From Paenirhodobacter sp. (GTDB taxonomy: Bacteria > Pseudomonadota > Alphaproteobacteria > Rhodobacterales > Rhodobacteraceae), in the NCBI RefSeq assembly GCF_047600745.1, contig NZ_JASGKI010000006.1:496345-560344 (forward strand): a stretch of DNA of 64,000 bases. Direction: 5' to 3'. Shown here piece after piece: positions 62,805 to 64,000 of this stretch. The position numbers and the translations under genes were made by a program. Below the pieces are notes generated by a model. It saw only the letters and a program-made list of their open reading frames with translations, did not search any database and was not told the origin of the DNA. Positions within the stretch are counted from its first letter, which is position 1. Each line of letters opens with the position of its first letter.

Positions 62805-64000
62805 ATGAGTCATTCCCGCCCGTCGCCGCTGGCCGCATTGCTGCTTGGCACCTGCCTTTCGCTGGCGCAGACCGCCGCAGCCCAGAGCGTTCCCCTCGCC
62901 ATCCCCGCGCAGCCGTTGCCGCAGGCGCTGGCCGCGCTCTCGGCCCGGAGCGGAGTGCAGGTGTTCTACACCGGCGAAGCGGCCTACCGGCTGCGGTCCA
63001 ATGCGGTGAACGGCAGCTATTCCGTGGATCAGGCGCTGGCGCACATGCTGGCGGGAACCGGCGTCACGGCCCGTCGGGTGGGGCAGAACGGGGTCACCCT
63101 CTCCGCCGCCGGGGACGCCGCGCCGGGCAATGCCGTCACGCTGGACACGATCACGGTGACCGGCAACCCGAACTCCACCATGGGCCTGCCCGGGGAATAT
63201 GCCGGGGGGCAGGTGGCGACGGGCGGGCAGTTGGGCATGCTGGGCAATCGGGACGTGATGGACACGCCGTTCAGCCAGACGAATTTCACCAACGGGACGA
63301 TCCGGAACCAGCAGGCCCAGACCCTTCAGGACGTGCTGGCGAATGATCCTTCGGTCGTGACCAGCACACGCAGCGGCGGGAGTTTCTATGAACAGACCAC
63401 GATCCGCGGGTTTGTCGAATCCGCGGATGAATCCTCCGGCAGCCTGAATGGCCTGATGGGCATGTCGCCGTCACGTTCCGCCGAAATGGATTATATCGAG
63501 CGGGTCGAGGTCATGCGCGGGCCGAACGCCCTTTTGAACGGCATGTCCGCCAACGCGAATGGCGGTGTCGGCGGTTCGGTTGCCCTTGTCACCAAGCAGG
63601 CCGGGGATGAGCCGCTGACCCAATTGACGACCCGGTTCAATTCGCGCGCGCAACTGGGCGCGCATCTGGATATGGGCCGCCGCTTTGGCGAGGGGAACCG
63701 GTTCGGCATCCGGTTCAACGGTGCCTTCCGGAAGGGGGACGGCGCGCTCAGGGACAGTTCGACCGAAGTCGGGTCGGCGGCGCTCAATCTGGATTATCGC
63801 GGCGAGCGGTTCCGCTTTTCGGCGGATGTCACGCATCAGTCGGAGGAGTCCAGCCCCGCCAATATGCAATATCTGCTGATCACCGATTTCATCCCCAGGG
63901 CGCCGAAGGGCGATGTCAGCTTCCTTCCGCCATGGAGCGAACACCGCGTCGAATCGACAACGGTCATGGCGCGGGGCGAATATGACATTGCCGAAAATGT
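62805..64000 (+). CDS. TonB-dependent siderophore receptor with N-terminal signalling (STN) domain, truncated by the window edge
   Basis: Not in the ORF track. Reads MSHSRP...IPAQPLPQALAALSARSGVQV...LDTITVTG...DTPFSQT...IERVEVMRGPNALLNG. Confidence 0.9.
   Translation, partial: MSHSRPSPLAALLLGTCLSLAQTAAAQSVPLAIPAQPLPQALAALSARSGVQVFYTGEAAYRLRSNAVNGSYSVDQALAHMLAGTGVTARRVGQNGVTLSAAGDAAPGNAVTLDTITVTGNPNSTMGLPGEYAGGQVATGGQLGMLGNRDVMDTPFSQTNFTNGTIRNQQAQTLQDVLANDPSVVTSTRSGGSFYEQTTIRGFVESADESSGSLNGLMGMSPSRSAEMDYIERVEVMRGPNALLNGMSANANGGVGGSVALVTKQAGDEPLTQLTTRFNSRAQLGAHLDMGRRFGEGNRFGIRFNGAFRKGDGALRDSSTEVGSAALNLDYRGERFRFSADVTHQSEESSPANMQYLLITDFIPRAPKGDVSFLPPWSEHRVESTTVMARGEYDIAEN

Overview
GC-rich alphaproteobacterial DNA, most likely part of a Rhodobacteraceae/Paracoccaceae plasmid or chromid, because it carries a DnaA-like initiator with parA and parB at 50.1-53.7 kb. 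From left to right: (1) an IS110-family (IS1111-type) element at 200-1704, inserted precisely into a relic methylase/helicase gene, whose 3' non-coding end holds a structured RNA with guides matching its own reconstructed target site; (2) IS66 and serine-recombinase relics; (3) a nitrite/NO respiration cluster (nirV, nirK, DNR-type regulator, norFEDQBC, nnrT-like, SCO, pseudoazurin, nnrR) with FNR/NnrR boxes; (4) a decayed AT-richer stretch; (5) nnrS with a NitT/TauT ABC system; (6) a glycosyltransferase cluster; (7) a type I-E CRISPR-Cas locus with 18 repeats and 17 spacers; (8) a PQQ dehydrogenase, a PiT transporter, a TonB heme-type receptor and a LysR/oxidoreductase block; (9) the replication/partition module with five copies of the 16-bp palindrome CTTCCCCGCGGGGAAG; (10) a 3.74-kb tniA-tniB-tniQ transposon with readable ends; (11) a second NitT/TauT ABC system; (12) a fecIR-TonB receptor locus running off the edge. 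Four otherwise intact genes (nirV, nirK, norC, cas8e) each carry a single +1 base, three of them in the same 8-mer, which suggests a sequencing artefact. No rRNA or tRNA genes were seen. Family assignments come from motif recognition only; no database searches were run.
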